Source of the DNA: Thermoproteota archaeon
GTDB lineage: Archaea > Thermoproteota > Thermoprotei > Thermofilales > B9-G17
Direction of reading: 5' to 3'
NCBI GenBank assembly: GCA_029258885.1
Contig: JAPDJW010000002.1
Span: 416,001 to 480,000, forward strand
DNA length: 64,000 bases
In this document: piece after piece, positions 19,850 to 29,621 of the stretch
Numbering within the stretch: position 1 is the stretch's first letter
Layout of the letters: each line of letters begins with the position of its first letter
Made by a program: the position numbers and the translations under genes
Notes under the pieces: generated by a model
Seen by the model: the letters and a program-made list of their open reading frames with translations, nothing else
Told to the model about the DNA's origin: nothing
Databases searched by the model: none

Positions 19850-21715
19850 TTATTCAGGTAGTAATCCTTCGCTCTCAAGTCTATCGGCTAGCTCCTTTAA
19901 TCCAAGTTCCTCAAGCTTCTCTCTGGTAGGCCTTCCATCCTTCCATCCACGTAGATTATAGTACTCTGGAAGCATTTCATCGAGTTTTACAACCTTGCCC
20001 TTACCTGGTCCCTCGGGCATCGGCTCCTTAAGTAGCCTAGCTGGCAGTGTATCGTATTCTTTGCCATCTCCGAATGATAGTATGTTGAATACTCTCTCAG
20101 CGTTGTATATTCTCTCACCGACCTTCTTTAGCTCCTCCTCAGTTACATCCCATCCAGTTGCTCCAGTAAGTAGCATAGCGAAGTCGTCAATCCACGTAGC
20201 GAAGGTGTTGAACTTACATAGTATTAGGCTGTCAACAACCGCGAAGCCGTTCTGGAACTCAATTACTAGCGCAGGCTTACCCTTAGTCTCAAATCTATCA
20301 ACTAGCTGTGGAACACCCAGGATCTCAGGTGCAATCATATATGCTCTTAGGTGGCATCCACCTCTATTAGACGTAGCATATCCTAATCCATGTCCTTGGG
20401 CACCTCTTGGATCGTATGCTGGTAGCTCCTGTCCTCTAACAACCATAGCTATCTCAGGCATACCATACTTCTCAGCGAGTCTCTTAGCGCCCTCAGCTAG
20501 GTCGTCGCCAATACCGGATCTATATGCAGTTCTCCATGTCAATTCGACCACGGCCGCTGAATTACCCCATTCTGGGACGAGCCCTCTCAACTTCTCCTTA
20601 GGAATCTTACCTTTCTCATATAATTCCATCAAAGTGCCTATAACGTGGCCCATGCTTATAGTATCTAATCCAAGCTCGTTACATAGGTAGTTAGCCTTGG
20701 ATATAGCTTCCAAATTGTCCGTTCCAGTCTGTGCACCGAAGGCCCATAGAGTCTCATACTCAGGACCATCGCCTTCTCCAGCAAATGGACTCTCTTTGGG
20801 TATCCTAGTGTATCTTCCGCACGCAATTATACAGCCCCAGCAAGGCACTTTCCTAACTAGTGTTTTCTCGCTAATGGTCTCTCCACTATACTTGTCGGCT
20901 GTAGGATGAACTCCCGTCTGGAAGTTTCTTGTTGGAAGCAGTCCATGCTTATTAATTATGTTCACAAGAACTGCTGTGCCGTATTTCGGAAGGGCATCTC
21001 CAGTTACGGGGCTCTTCTTAAGCTTATCAACGTTAATCCTAACAGCCTCCCTAAACTTCTCTTCATTAGCTATGGGTGGCTTCATAGTTCCTCTAACAGC
21101 GATTGCCTTAAGCTTCTTACTACCAAGTACTGCTCCATGTCCTCCTCTTCCAGCAGCCCTACCTTTATCATTTATGAGGCATGCGAACTTCACTAGGTTC
21201 TCTCCAGCAGGGCCTATACACATAACCTTAATGTTCTCGTCGCCCAGCTCCTCTATCAGTATATCTGTTGTAGCGTGGGTATCCTTGCCCCATAGATGCT
21301 TAGCATCCCTAAGCTCAGCCTTACCATCGTGAATCCACAGGTACAGCGGCTTTTCAGCAGCGCCCTCGATAATTATGGCGTCGTAACCAGCAAACTTTAG
21401 CTCTGGACCCCACTTACCGCCCGACTGAGAGTCGTGAATGGTATTTGTTAGTGGAGCCTTAGTAACCGAACACCATCTACCGCTCTCGGGAGCAGCCGTA
21501 CCAGTTAATGGGCCAGTTAATATAATCAGTTTATTTGCAGGGCTGAGTGGATCCACCTTAGGATCTACTTCCTTAAGCATGAGGTATACTCCTAGACCTC
21601 TGCCGCCAATCCATTTCCTCAGAATATCCTCAGGGATTGTTTCATCCCTAAGCTTCTCATCGGTTAGGTTAACTCTCAGAATCTTACCCATGTAGCCTCC
21701 TGGCAAGAATTTCAC
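19850..21715 (-). CDS. aor: Tungsten-dependent aldehyde:ferredoxin oxidoreductase
   Basis: GYMGKILRVNL, IGGRG, IGPAGE, RAAGRGG.GA..GSK.LKA, CWGC...C, GLDTISMG, RGGCH. Size fits AOR. Confidence 0.93.
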   Translation of the reverse strand: MKFLPGGYMGKILRVNLTDEKLRDETIPEDILRKWIGGRGLGVYLMLKEVDPKVDPLSPANKLIILTGPLTGTAAPESGRWCSVTKAPLTNTIHDSQSGGKWGPELKFAGYDAIIIEGAAEKPLYLWIHDGKAELRDAKHLWGKDTHATTDILIEELGDENIKVMCIGPAGENLVKFACLINDKGRAAGRGGHGAVLGSKKLKAIAVRGTMKPPIANEEKFREAVRINVDKLKKSPVTGDALPKYGTAVLVNIINKHGLLPTRNFQTGVHPTADKYSGETISEKTLVRKVPCWGCIIACGRYTRIPKESPFAGEGDGPEYETLWAFGAQTGTDNLEAISKANYLCNELGLDTISMGHVIGTLMELYEKGKIPKEKLRGLVPEWGNSAAVVELTWRTAYRSGIGDDLAEGAKRLAEKYGMPEIAMVVRGQELPAYDPRGAQGHGLGYATSNRGGCHLRAYMIAPEILGVPQLVDRFETKGKPALVIEFQNGFAVVDSLILCKFNTFATWIDDFAMLLTGATGWDVTEEELKKVGERIYNAERVFNILSFGDGKEYDTLPARLLKEPMPEGPGKGKVVKLDEMLPEYYNLRGWKDGRPTREKLEELGLKELADRLESEGLLPE

Positions 21716-21750
21716 CTCAAATAAATATTTCCTTATATAAATATACGTTT

Positions 21751-21778
21751 TTCGATATGTATAAAAAGTAATATCGAA
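21751..21778. promoter_or_regulatory. ModE-like binding site upstream of the aor promoter
   Basis: TTCGATAT-N12-ATATCGAA (8-bp inverted repeat) fits the ModE pattern CGnTAT-N12-ATAnCG. It lies just upstream of a minus-strand TTTATATA box at 21734-21741. Confidence 0.65.
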
Positions 21779-21790
21779 CCGGTTATCGCT

Positions 21791-22237
21791 ATGTATAATA
21801 AGGTAAATAGAATGTTTAATACTATAATGAATATTCGGATCATAAAAGCAAGGCTATCCGAGAAAGTTAAGGAACTGGCTCATAAGTATCCAATAGTATA
21901 TGCTGTTCTCTATGGTTCTATAGTTGAAGGTAGATATATTCAAGGGGAGAGTGACATAGATTTAGCTTTAAAGCTGAACGTAGACGATAAGGGTAGCGCC
22001 GTGAAGGTGGTTGAAAGGCTAATATCCGATCTTAACATAGATAACCTCGACATAGTATTAATCAACTTTGCTCCCTTCAGCCTTAAATATGATATATTAA
22101 CTAGAGGGGAGGTTATCTTCTGCCGTGACCATGAAGCTCTCTTCAAGGACAGGCTTAGGATTATCAAAATGTACGATGATTGGCTTTTCATATCAAGGCA
22201 TTTTATAGAGAGGGAGATAGCTAAGGTGAGGAGATGA
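21791..22237 (+). CDS. mntA: Minimal nucleotidyltransferase antitoxin (type VII TA)
   Basis: LYGSIVEG...ESDIDLA (GS-X10-DxD) and IDIV-like motif LDIVLIN; ATGA overlap with the HEPN gene. Confidence 0.9.
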   Translation: MYNKVNRMFNTIMNIRIIKARLSEKVKELAHKYPIVYAVLYGSIVEGRYIQGESDIDLALKLNVDDKGSAVKVVERLISDLNIDNLDIVLINFAPFSLKYDILTRGEVIFCRDHEALFKDRLRIIKMYDDWLFISRHFIEREIAKVRR

Positions 22238-22662
22238 GACCAAGCACGCTTAAGAGGCTTGAGAGATTTAACATAGCCCTAGATTTACTGAGGAAAGCCC
22301 TAAGACGTAGCAGGGAGGAATATCTGGAAAACATCGAGTTGCAGTCGATAGTTGAGAGGAATATACAGGTAGGAGTAGAATTTGTAGTGGATCTCTCCAG
22401 CTACATACTATCTCGCCTGAATATACCTACTCCGGAAACCTATGGGCAGGTTATCGTGGAGGCGCATAAGTTAGGTATATTCGACGATGAAATTGCCGAG
22501 AAGATGAGGAAGCTCATTGGGTTAAGAAATATAATAGTACATCTATATGCTGATATTTCATCTGAGATAGTCTATGATAATTTGCCCGAGATAATAGGTG
22601 TATTAAGTAGAGCGGTGAATGAATTGATAGCCTTTTCCCGTAGAAGAGGCCTCGACCCATAA
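22234..22662 (+). CDS. hepT: HEPN/DUF86 ribonuclease toxin
   Basis: IVERNIQ; GLRNIIVHLY carries the R-X4-H-X-Y motif. Confidence 0.9.
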   Translation: MRPSTLKRLERFNIALDLLRKALRRSREEYLENIELQSIVERNIQVGVEFVVDLSSYILSRLNIPTPETYGQVIVEAHKLGIFDDEIAEKMRKLIGLRNIIVHLYADISSEIVYDNLPEIIGVLSRAVNELIAFSRRRGLDP

Positions 22663-22679
22663 GTATGCTATTTATTCTT

Positions 22680-23055
22680 GCTTAAGCCTGCTAATATTAC
22701 GTTTATATCTGATCATTTGAAGCTATATCTTTGACAAGATCTCTAAGAATATCTACGGGCACATTCATGTAGTGTCTAACGATCTTATGAACAACGTTTT
22801 TAAACCCGTATCTTCTAACCAATTCCATCCAATATTCCGCTAGCTTATAGTCCTTGTACATCTCTATACTGTGCATTGCCTCACGCCATACCCTAGCCTA
22901 TATCCTATAAAGCCTACATCCATGCGGCAAGGGTTCAACTATCATTACCGCTGAAGCGAGGGATCGAATCGAGAAAGTATATCTACGTGCTCTCTCGAAT
23001 CTATTTCATGAAGCGTAAAATAGAATACAGCTAGATCAGCAAACCTTTAAGCGAG
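22680..23055 (-). pseudogene. C-terminal remnant resembling a class I SAM-methyltransferase
   Basis: My translation gives ADLAVFYFTLHEI, then MIVEPLP...WREAMHSIE...YWMELVRRYGFK, broken by stops and frameshifts. Confidence 0.4.
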
Positions 23056-23099
23056 AAGTTTAATAATGAGCTATAAAATCTAATAATTACACGTAATGG

Positions 23100-24221
23100 G
23101 TGGTGGTTCTCCTGAAGCATAATGGTTTCCTCCTAGATGTATTTGAGGAAGGATTTGTTATCCCTAAGCCAAGGAGGGGTCCAAGAATACTCTTCATCGA
23201 GCTTACTACGGAATGCAATTTAAACTGCAAGATGTGTTTCAGACGCACGATGACGGAGCCTAGAGGCTTCATGGACGAGAAGCTTTTTAAAAAGATACTT
23301 AATGATGCTGAAGAGTGTGGGGTAGATTTCATATGGTTTGGAGGATGGGGCGAGCCTACATACCATCCAAAGTTTCTTGAATTTGCAGAGGATGTTAAAT
23401 CCAGGGGATTCAAGCTCGGCATAAATACGAACGGTACTCTGCTTTCATCGGACTATGCGGAGAAGTTAGTTAAGCTAGGAGTTGATAGAATAACTATATC
23501 TATCGACGCAGCAATGCCTCAAACATATGCTGAAATAAGGGGAGGCGTACTTAAAAACATACTTTCAGCTACAAGCCTTATTCACGGAATGAAGAAAAGC
23601 ATAGGTACATTGTATCCAATTCTCGAGTTCTCGTACGTAATGATGAAGAGTAATGCAGATGAAGTATTAAAGCTATTTGAGATAGCTGAAAAACACGGCG
23701 TTGGACGAATAATTATCTCAAATGTCATACCTATCAGTGAATCCCTTGTAAGCGAATGTATATATGGCAATAGTTTCAACTACGAGAGAATCGTAGAGAA
23801 AATAGCTATTAAAACCCTCGAGACAAACGTGGGCGCAGCCGTCCCGGAATTTGAACTTAAAACCGAAAGAAGATGCCTATTCATCGAAAACAATGCCTGC
23901 TGTGTAACCTGGAACGGCGAGGTAACTCCATGCTACAACTTCCTGCACAACTACATAGCGTACGTATATGGTGTTAGAAAGGAGATGAAGCAAATCTCCT
24001 TTGGAAACATTAAGGATAAAAGCTTAGGTGAAATATGGAGGAGCCCCGAATACCAAAAGTTCAGATTTAAAGTTAGGTATTTCAAATTCCCCTCCTGCAC
24101 CGACTGTAAGTTCCACGATATATGCGATTTCGCTACCTCAAACCTCATGGACTGCTGGGGAAACGAGCCCAGCTGCGCAGATTGCCTCTTCAGCAGAGGA
24201 ATCGTTCAGTGTCCGCTATAG
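23100..24221 (+). CDS. Radical SAM/SPASM protein, tungsten-cofactor oxidoreductase maturase family
   Basis: CNLNCKMC; FGGWGEP; NTNG; Cys-rich C-terminus CTDC..DIC...DCWGNEPSCADC...VQCPL; about 1.4 kb from aor. Confidence 0.8.
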   Translation: MVVLLKHNGFLLDVFEEGFVIPKPRRGPRILFIELTTECNLNCKMCFRRTMTEPRGFMDEKLFKKILNDAEECGVDFIWFGGWGEPTYHPKFLEFAEDVKSRGFKLGINTNGTLLSSDYAEKLVKLGVDRITISIDAAMPQTYAEIRGGVLKNILSATSLIHGMKKSIGTLYPILEFSYVMMKSNADEVLKLFEIAEKHGVGRIIISNVIPISESLVSECIYGNSFNYERIVEKIAIKTLETNVGAAVPEFELKTERRCLFIENNACCVTWNGEVTPCYNFLHNYIAYVYGVRKEMKQISFGNIKDKSLGEIWRSPEYQKFRFKVRYFKFPSCTDCKFHDICDFATSNLMDCWGNEPSCADCLFSRGIVQCPL

Positions 24222-26252
24222 TCGAACTTCAATTACCGCTCCATCCTTCTTAGATACGGGAACATATACTCTCCTTTCTACTCTAAATTCTCTGCCTGAT
24301 CTCAAGTCCCTACCCAATTCACTCCCATTCAAACCTAAGCCTTCAACATCTACGTCTAGTGGAACTACAACATCGTTATTCCTGGTATTAACTAGGAAGA
24401 AAACATACCTATCGTCTCCCTTATAAACTGAAGTAATTATACCCTCTATTCTGGGTCTAATATACGTTGAAAACCCAAACGCACCTAATAGCTTAGTTAT
24501 AAAATTAGAGCTTGGCTTTACACCTAAAAGAAGCACGCCACCTTTACCCTTTCTCTTAAAGTATCCTACAACATACTTCCTCCCATTAACTAGCTCGGCG
24601 TAAACCCGATCTTCTTCACTCCTAGCATCGTATAGCTCAGATGCCACTATCTCGCCTACAGTCCCGCCGAAGACGTATAATTCCTCTGTTTTTAAAGTTA
24701 GCTCATGGCCATTAATCGTTATCTTAAATCTGCCTCCTCCTCTAATGGACAACAAATCTACATGTAAGTCTTCATCAATCCTGGACTTTACGCCATGTTC
24801 ATTAACTGAGGGATACATTCCAAAGACGGCAAGCACAGAACCCTCTTCCATACACCTAAGCATCCTACGCCTATATTCATCGTTAAGGTAATCTAGACCC
24901 AAATAGATCATGAGCCCACCTCTATCCCTATCGACCTTTGGTTCGTATACGTTGAAGTCTAAGCCATGCCTATGAATATCTCTAAGTAAGTCGTCGAACC
25001 ACCTACTCCTAATTCCCCATATATGCTCTCTAGTAACCACTATAGATACATCAGAAAGCCTAGTTAAGTCGGTGGGATTCAGCCTATTATATAGATTCAC
25101 AATCTCCTTAAACACAGGGTAGAGCTCAGGCCTCACTCTACCCCATTCATTTATAGGTGAGAAATACCAATTATCCCTATTCACCAGCATATACCAGTTC
25201 CATCCAATTAGACCGAAGGCTAAGCCTAGTAAGGCCATATACCTGTAGTGTCCAGCTTCAAGAACTCCTGCACCATAGTGCCAGTCATGCCATACCCCAC
25301 ACTCGAATTCGGCAGACCAGGCGATACCAGCCGTAGCCTTCAGATACCTAACTATAACACTGAACCTCACTAGATCTTCCTCGGGAACCATGTTTCTAGG
25401 ATAGATATCTATACCTATTAAATCGCATATCTCCTTAAACTGGTAGAAGTTCTGCGGATAGCCCCACGGATAGGCGTTAAAGTATATCGGAATCTTCACT
25501 CCATTTCTCCTATACATTTCAGCGAGAATCGATGCGAGCTTAAGGCAATACCATTCCCTAAATTTGCAGAAATCCACGTATCTTCTAACGTCGATGAGAC
25601 TATAGCGTTGAGGCAGTCTCTGGAAGGCCTTAACCTCATCGAAATCCTTAAAGTTCGTGTTCCATGCCCTATTAAGGCTATCTATATCCCCATACCTCTC
25701 CCTAAGGTATTCCTGAAAGACGCCGTTGCCGCCGTATAGCCCTAACTGCCAGCCGTAGCTCCACTCCCACGGATCTATTTCATTATCAACTTGAAGTAGA
25801 ACTATACATCCATTATCGTACTGATGCCTAATGATAACCTTGGATACAGCATTAATCCATTTTTCAGCGTATTCAAGAAACTTCGGATGCATTCTATGAT
25901 ATCTAGCCGCGTACTCCGGCACACCAGCCCAAGGCATTTCCGAGTATATGTAGGGTCCAGGTCTAATTAAAACATACAAGCTTTTTCTCTCACATAGTTC
26001 AAGGAATCCTTCTAAATCCCTCTGCGGGCTTATCCTGCCGTTGAAATCATAGACTTCCTGTCGTATTTCATGGTAGTTCCACGGGACGTACGTTGATACG
26101 AACTTTAAACCTAAATCGACGACCTTATCTAGGACTTTACTCCAGGCCTCCCTAGGAATTCTCCAATAGTGTACCTCGCCGCTTAGAAGCCCATACCTCT
26201 TTCCATCGATAAATATCCCATTATCTTTAACTTCCACCGTCAGCTTAGACAC
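24216..26252 (-). CDS. Glycoside hydrolase family 35 (beta-galactosidase or exo-beta-glucosaminidase-like)
   Basis: SGEVHYWR, TYVPWNYHE, LIRPGPYI, QVDNE (acid/base) and SAEF (nucleophile region). Confidence 0.85.
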   Translation of the reverse strand: MSKLTVEVKDNGIFIDGKRYGLLSGEVHYWRIPREAWSKVLDKVVDLGLKFVSTYVPWNYHEIRQEVYDFNGRISPQRDLEGFLELCERKSLYVLIRPGPYIYSEMPWAGVPEYAARYHRMHPKFLEYAEKWINAVSKVIIRHQYDNGCIVLLQVDNEIDPWEWSYGWQLGLYGGNGVFQEYLRERYGDIDSLNRAWNTNFKDFDEVKAFQRLPQRYSLIDVRRYVDFCKFREWYCLKLASILAEMYRRNGVKIPIYFNAYPWGYPQNFYQFKEICDLIGIDIYPRNMVPEEDLVRFSVIVRYLKATAGIAWSAEFECGVWHDWHYGAGVLEAGHYRYMALLGLAFGLIGWNWYMLVNRDNWYFSPINEWGRVRPELYPVFKEIVNLYNRLNPTDLTRLSDVSIVVTREHIWGIRSRWFDDLLRDIHRHGLDFNVYEPKVDRDRGGLMIYLGLDYLNDEYRRRMLRCMEEGSVLAVFGMYPSVNEHGVKSRIDEDLHVDLLSIRGGGRFKITINGHELTLKTEELYVFGGTVGEIVASELYDARSEEDRVYAELVNGRKYVVGYFKRKGKGGVLLLGVKPSSNFITKLLGAFGFSTYIRPRIEGIITSVYKGDDRYVFFLVNTRNNDVVVPLDVDVEGLGLNGSELGRDLRSGREFRVERRVYVPVSKKDGAVIEVRL

Positions 26253-26456
26253 CGAAATAATATAGTTTCACGGCTTTAAAAGTAGTAGCATTAAATCGGC
26301 TAAAAGTGTAGACGTTGATCCTGGCGGTACATGAGGGCTTGAGCCTCTCATAACGGATGTTACAATAGATGAGCTAGGAATTCAGATAATAAGCTTCGGA
26401 AGAGGTCTATAGAGGCATAAAGGAGATCCTCCCTCGGTCATGCGAGGAAGTTCAGG

Positions 26457-28571
26457 TTAGTAAAATATTGAGGCCAAGTAAAAGGCTACTAAACCTATCA
26501 CGTAAGCTACTGCAAGGCTTAATATTATCGAAAGAATTGCCCGCTTTGCTCCCCCCTCCTTATATATAGTGACTATCGTAGCTATACAGGGTACGTAGAG
26601 CGTAACCATAATCATAACAGCTAAGCTCTGGGGGAAGGTTAAACCAAGTTTCCTTATTGCTGATGCCGGATCAACCTCACCAGCTATTAGCGCAAGGGAT
26701 GATATGAAAGTCTCCTTAGCTACTATCCCCATAAGAAATGTGAATGCAAGCTTCCAAGAGCTCTCCGGATCTACCGCTAGAGGGGCAAATATGGGTGCAA
26801 GCATACGGCCTATGATCACTGCATACGTCTCTTCAATACTGGCCGCAGGGCCCTCTGGACCATAAGACGTTAGGAACCATATGATTAGGCTAAGTAGGAG
26901 AATAATCCCTCCAGCCTTCTTCAAGAAATGTTTAGAGTAGTCCCATGTAATCCACCATAATACCTTAGGTGAGGGTAGGTGTATCGGCGGAACCTCAAGC
27001 AATAGTTCAGGGGGGTGCTTAATCCCGTAAGCCCTCCTTATTAGTAGCGACGTTACGAAGTATGATATCATTGCAATGAGGTAGATAATTACTATTGATA
27101 ATATTTTCTCCTGTGGCGTGGGAAAGAGGGCTGCTGCCAGCGCTGTGATAACTACAAGCCTTGCCTGACATGGAATAAACGGCACCGATAGGATTATCTG
27201 TCTTCTCTCGTAATCCTCCGTCGAGGCCCTCGAGGCCATAACTGCTGGAACGTTACATCCCAAGGCTATTAGAGTCGGATAGACTGCCCTACCCGATAAG
27301 CCGAACTTACTGAAGAACTTATGGAGTGATACTGCAACGTACGGGCCTATACCGCCGTCCTCGAGAAATCCTAGAACTAGTAACGTCATGAATATTAGAG
27401 GGTAAAATGATAGGACCGAGCCTACGCCACCAATGATTCCGTCAGCGATCATACTTTTAATCCATATAGGTAAGTTCAATGTATAGATGTAACTAGAGAT
27501 GGCCTCAAACACTGATGAGAGAACTCCGGCTATGGTCATAGACTCTATCATTTCAGCTAAATCCTCAGATCCTAAAAAGCTGAAAATAAGGTTCAGCGGA
27601 AAACCCGTATTGAGGGTAAATACTAGAAAATATAATCCGAGAATTATGGAGAGGCTAATAAGGGGGCCTACTTTAGGTCTGAGGAAAAGTTTTTCCAAGG
27701 GACTGCCGAGCATGGGTCTTTTAAGAGTCCTCACTACAACCTCGCTCGTTACAGAGTCCACAAACCTATACCTAGTGAGTATAATTAATGCATCAACGCC
27801 CATTCCTACGCTCTTAGAAATAACCTGTCTTATCTCTCCAATTTTCTCTATGCATTCAGGGCTATGTTTAGCCAGAATATCCTCGAGATCAGGATCTCCT
27901 TCAAGCAATCTTATAGCAATCCACCTTCTCTTAACGCTGGGTATATAGGGACATTTAGATATAAGCCTCTCTACCTCACTTATTGATGGCTCCAGCTGTC
28001 CATAATTAAGTTTAAAGGTCTTATTTCTACGTCTGCCGGTAGATACGTCAACTATGGCGTTTAATAGCTCTCTTATTCCCTCGCCAGTAATGCTTGAGAC
28101 AGGGACTATCGGAACACCGAGTTTAGCTTCAAGCTTATCAACGTGTATGTGTATGCCCTCCTTATGCGTTGCATCCCACTTAGTTAAAGCTACTACAACC
28201 TTATTCGTTAGCTCTAGGACGTGTATAGCTAAATACAGAGTTCTTTCAATATTCGTAGAATCGACCAGAACTAGAACAACATCGTACTTACGGCTCAAGA
28301 GGAAGTTTTTAGTAACCTTTTCCTCAGGAGAAGTCCCCGTTAAGCCATATACTCCAGGAGTATCTATAAGCAGGATTTTCCTACCCCTATGCTTAACAAC
28401 ACCATACTTCCTCTCAACGGTTGTTCCAGGCCAATTAGCTATATGCGCTATCTCCTTCGTTAACGCGGTGAAGAGGGCAGACTTACCGACGTTAGGTTGG
28501 CCGACAACCGCTACTCTTATATCAAATCTTCTCTTAAACTCTCTGCTTTTAACGTCAAGAGACGGTCTCAA
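26457..28571 (-). CDS. feoB: Ferrous iron transporter FeoB
   Basis: GQPNVGKS, NWPGTTVE, DTPG, TKWD and SSITG G-motifs; LGCNVPA, PFIPCQAR and LYVPCIAT membrane motifs. Confidence 0.95.
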   Translation of the reverse strand: MRPSLDVKSREFKRRFDIRVAVVGQPNVGKSALFTALTKEIAHIANWPGTTVERKYGVVKHRGRKILLIDTPGVYGLTGTSPEEKVTKNFLLSRKYDVVLVLVDSTNIERTLYLAIHVLELTNKVVVALTKWDATHKEGIHIHVDKLEAKLGVPIVPVSSITGEGIRELLNAIVDVSTGRRRNKTFKLNYGQLEPSISEVERLISKCPYIPSVKRRWIAIRLLEGDPDLEDILAKHSPECIEKIGEIRQVISKSVGMGVDALIILTRYRFVDSVTSEVVVRTLKRPMLGSPLEKLFLRPKVGPLISLSIILGLYFLVFTLNTGFPLNLIFSFLGSEDLAEMIESMTIAGVLSSVFEAISSYIYTLNLPIWIKSMIADGIIGGVGSVLSFYPLIFMTLLVLGFLEDGGIGPYVAVSLHKFFSKFGLSGRAVYPTLIALGCNVPAVMASRASTEDYERRQIILSVPFIPCQARLVVITALAAALFPTPQEKILSIVIIYLIAMISYFVTSLLIRRAYGIKHPPELLLEVPPIHLPSPKVLWWITWDYSKHFLKKAGGIILLLSLIIWFLTSYGPEGPAASIEETYAVIIGRMLAPIFAPLAVDPESSWKLAFTFLMGIVAKETFISSLALIAGEVDPASAIRKLGLTFPQSLAVMIMVTLYVPCIATIVTIYKEGGAKRAILSIILSLAVAYVIGLVAFYLASIFY

Positions 28572-28798
28572 GGATAGGCCACCGGCTGAACAATGATTTT
28601 ACGTGCAACGCCCCTACCAATAGCCACCCTAGTTCCCCTAACCATAACAAGTATAGGGCCTGGAAAGTTTGAAATAACCTCTACAATGCTTCCAGGAGTA
28701 AATCCCATCTCCATAAGCCTCCTCCTAGCTCCAAAGCCACCTGCTATATACAGTACCCTAGCCCTAGCGCCCGGAGGAAGATCGGCAAGAGTTATCAT
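28568..28798 (-). CDS. feoA: Ferrous iron transport protein A
   Basis: TLADL.PG...RRLMEMGFTPG...GPI...RGTRVAIGRG. The start is placed at the ATG overlapping the dtxR stop (ATGA). Confidence 0.92.
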   Translation of the reverse strand: MITLADLPPGARARVLYIAGGFGARRRLMEMGFTPGSIVEVISNFPGPILVMVRGTRVAIGRGVARKIIVQPVAYP

Positions 28799-29460
28799 GA
28801 AACCACCTTCTCGACGAAAATAAACTCGCATACCTCCAGCGGAAGCTCATGAATTAAACCATTCATTTTAACTATAACAGCATTTTCTTCTCTATTCAGG
28901 ACCTCAATAACCCTATTAGGTCTAATGTCTAAATCTTTAACGTAAGCTAGAGGCTTCTTTAACTCAGTTACCCTAATAACCACGTACCTGCCACTACTAA
29001 CTGTCGACAAACGTTGCCCCCTACTTTCACCCCTGCTAGGAATAGGATTACCATGCGGGCAAAAACTGGGAAAGTTCAGGTATTCATCGGCTAGCTTAGC
29101 GAAGCTCTCAACATGCTCAAGTTCATGAGCCATATTATGAGCGCTAGCTAAATCCAAACCGAATACCTCGATAAGAAATACCTCAATGACTCTATGTCTC
29201 CTAATTATATCCCTAGCAACGCTTTTCCCAAGGGAAGTAAGCCTCAGCGTTCCGCGTCTAGTCTTCAGGACATACCCGTCTCTTGCAAGCCTATCAAGTA
29301 CACGCGATGCCGTAGCAAGCGTAACGCCAAGCTCAGACGCAATATACGATAACCTGGATTCTCCGAAGGTCTCCTCAAGCCTATACATTGTAGCGATGTA
29401 ATCCTCCCTCTTAGGCTTAACCTTCTTCTCAACTTTTACTAGGTTAACTTTATTAGACAC
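28795..29460 (-). CDS. DtxR/IdeR-family metal-dependent repressor with FeoA-like C-domain
   Basis: EDYIATMY, IASELGVTLATAS, RRHRVIEVFL, AHELEH and CPHGNPIP. Confidence 0.92.
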   Translation of the reverse strand: MSNKVNLVKVEKKVKPKREDYIATMYRLEETFGESRLSYIASELGVTLATASRVLDRLARDGYVLKTRRGTLRLTSLGKSVARDIIRRHRVIEVFLIEVFGLDLASAHNMAHELEHVESFAKLADEYLNFPSFCPHGNPIPSRGESRGQRLSTVSSGRYVVIRVTELKKPLAYVKDLDIRPNRVIEVLNREENAVIVKMNGLIHELPLEVCEFIFVEKVVS

Positions 29461-29468
29461 GTCTAATA
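29451..29468. promoter_or_regulatory. Putative DtxR-type operator overlapping the regulator start codon
   Basis: TATTAGAC-AC-GTCTAATA, an 8-bp inverted repeat with a TTAG-N6-CTAA core. Confidence 0.55.
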
Positions 29469-29621
29469 TAGTTAGCCGTATAATATATAAGGCTTTCCAC
29501 GTTTTCCTTTATTTTGGAGAACAACGTTTAAAACGATGTAAAAGACCGCCCACTTATTTCAAAATACTTAAGACGTGATTTATTTTAAAATATATTTATC
29601 AGAGTAAAGCGGTGCACCAGC

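Noticed and set aside
19995-21332. Long antisense ORFs inside aor, and similar shadow ORFs inside feoB, luxC, RACo, leuS and others
   Set aside because: They lie fully opposite well-supported genes and give Ser/Pro/Ile-rich, motif-less translations typical of codon-bias shadows.
26255-26455. Possible small gene remnant between GH35 and feoB (KSVDVDPGGT*GLEPLITDV...)
   Set aside because: Interrupted by stops, no start codon and no recognisable family.
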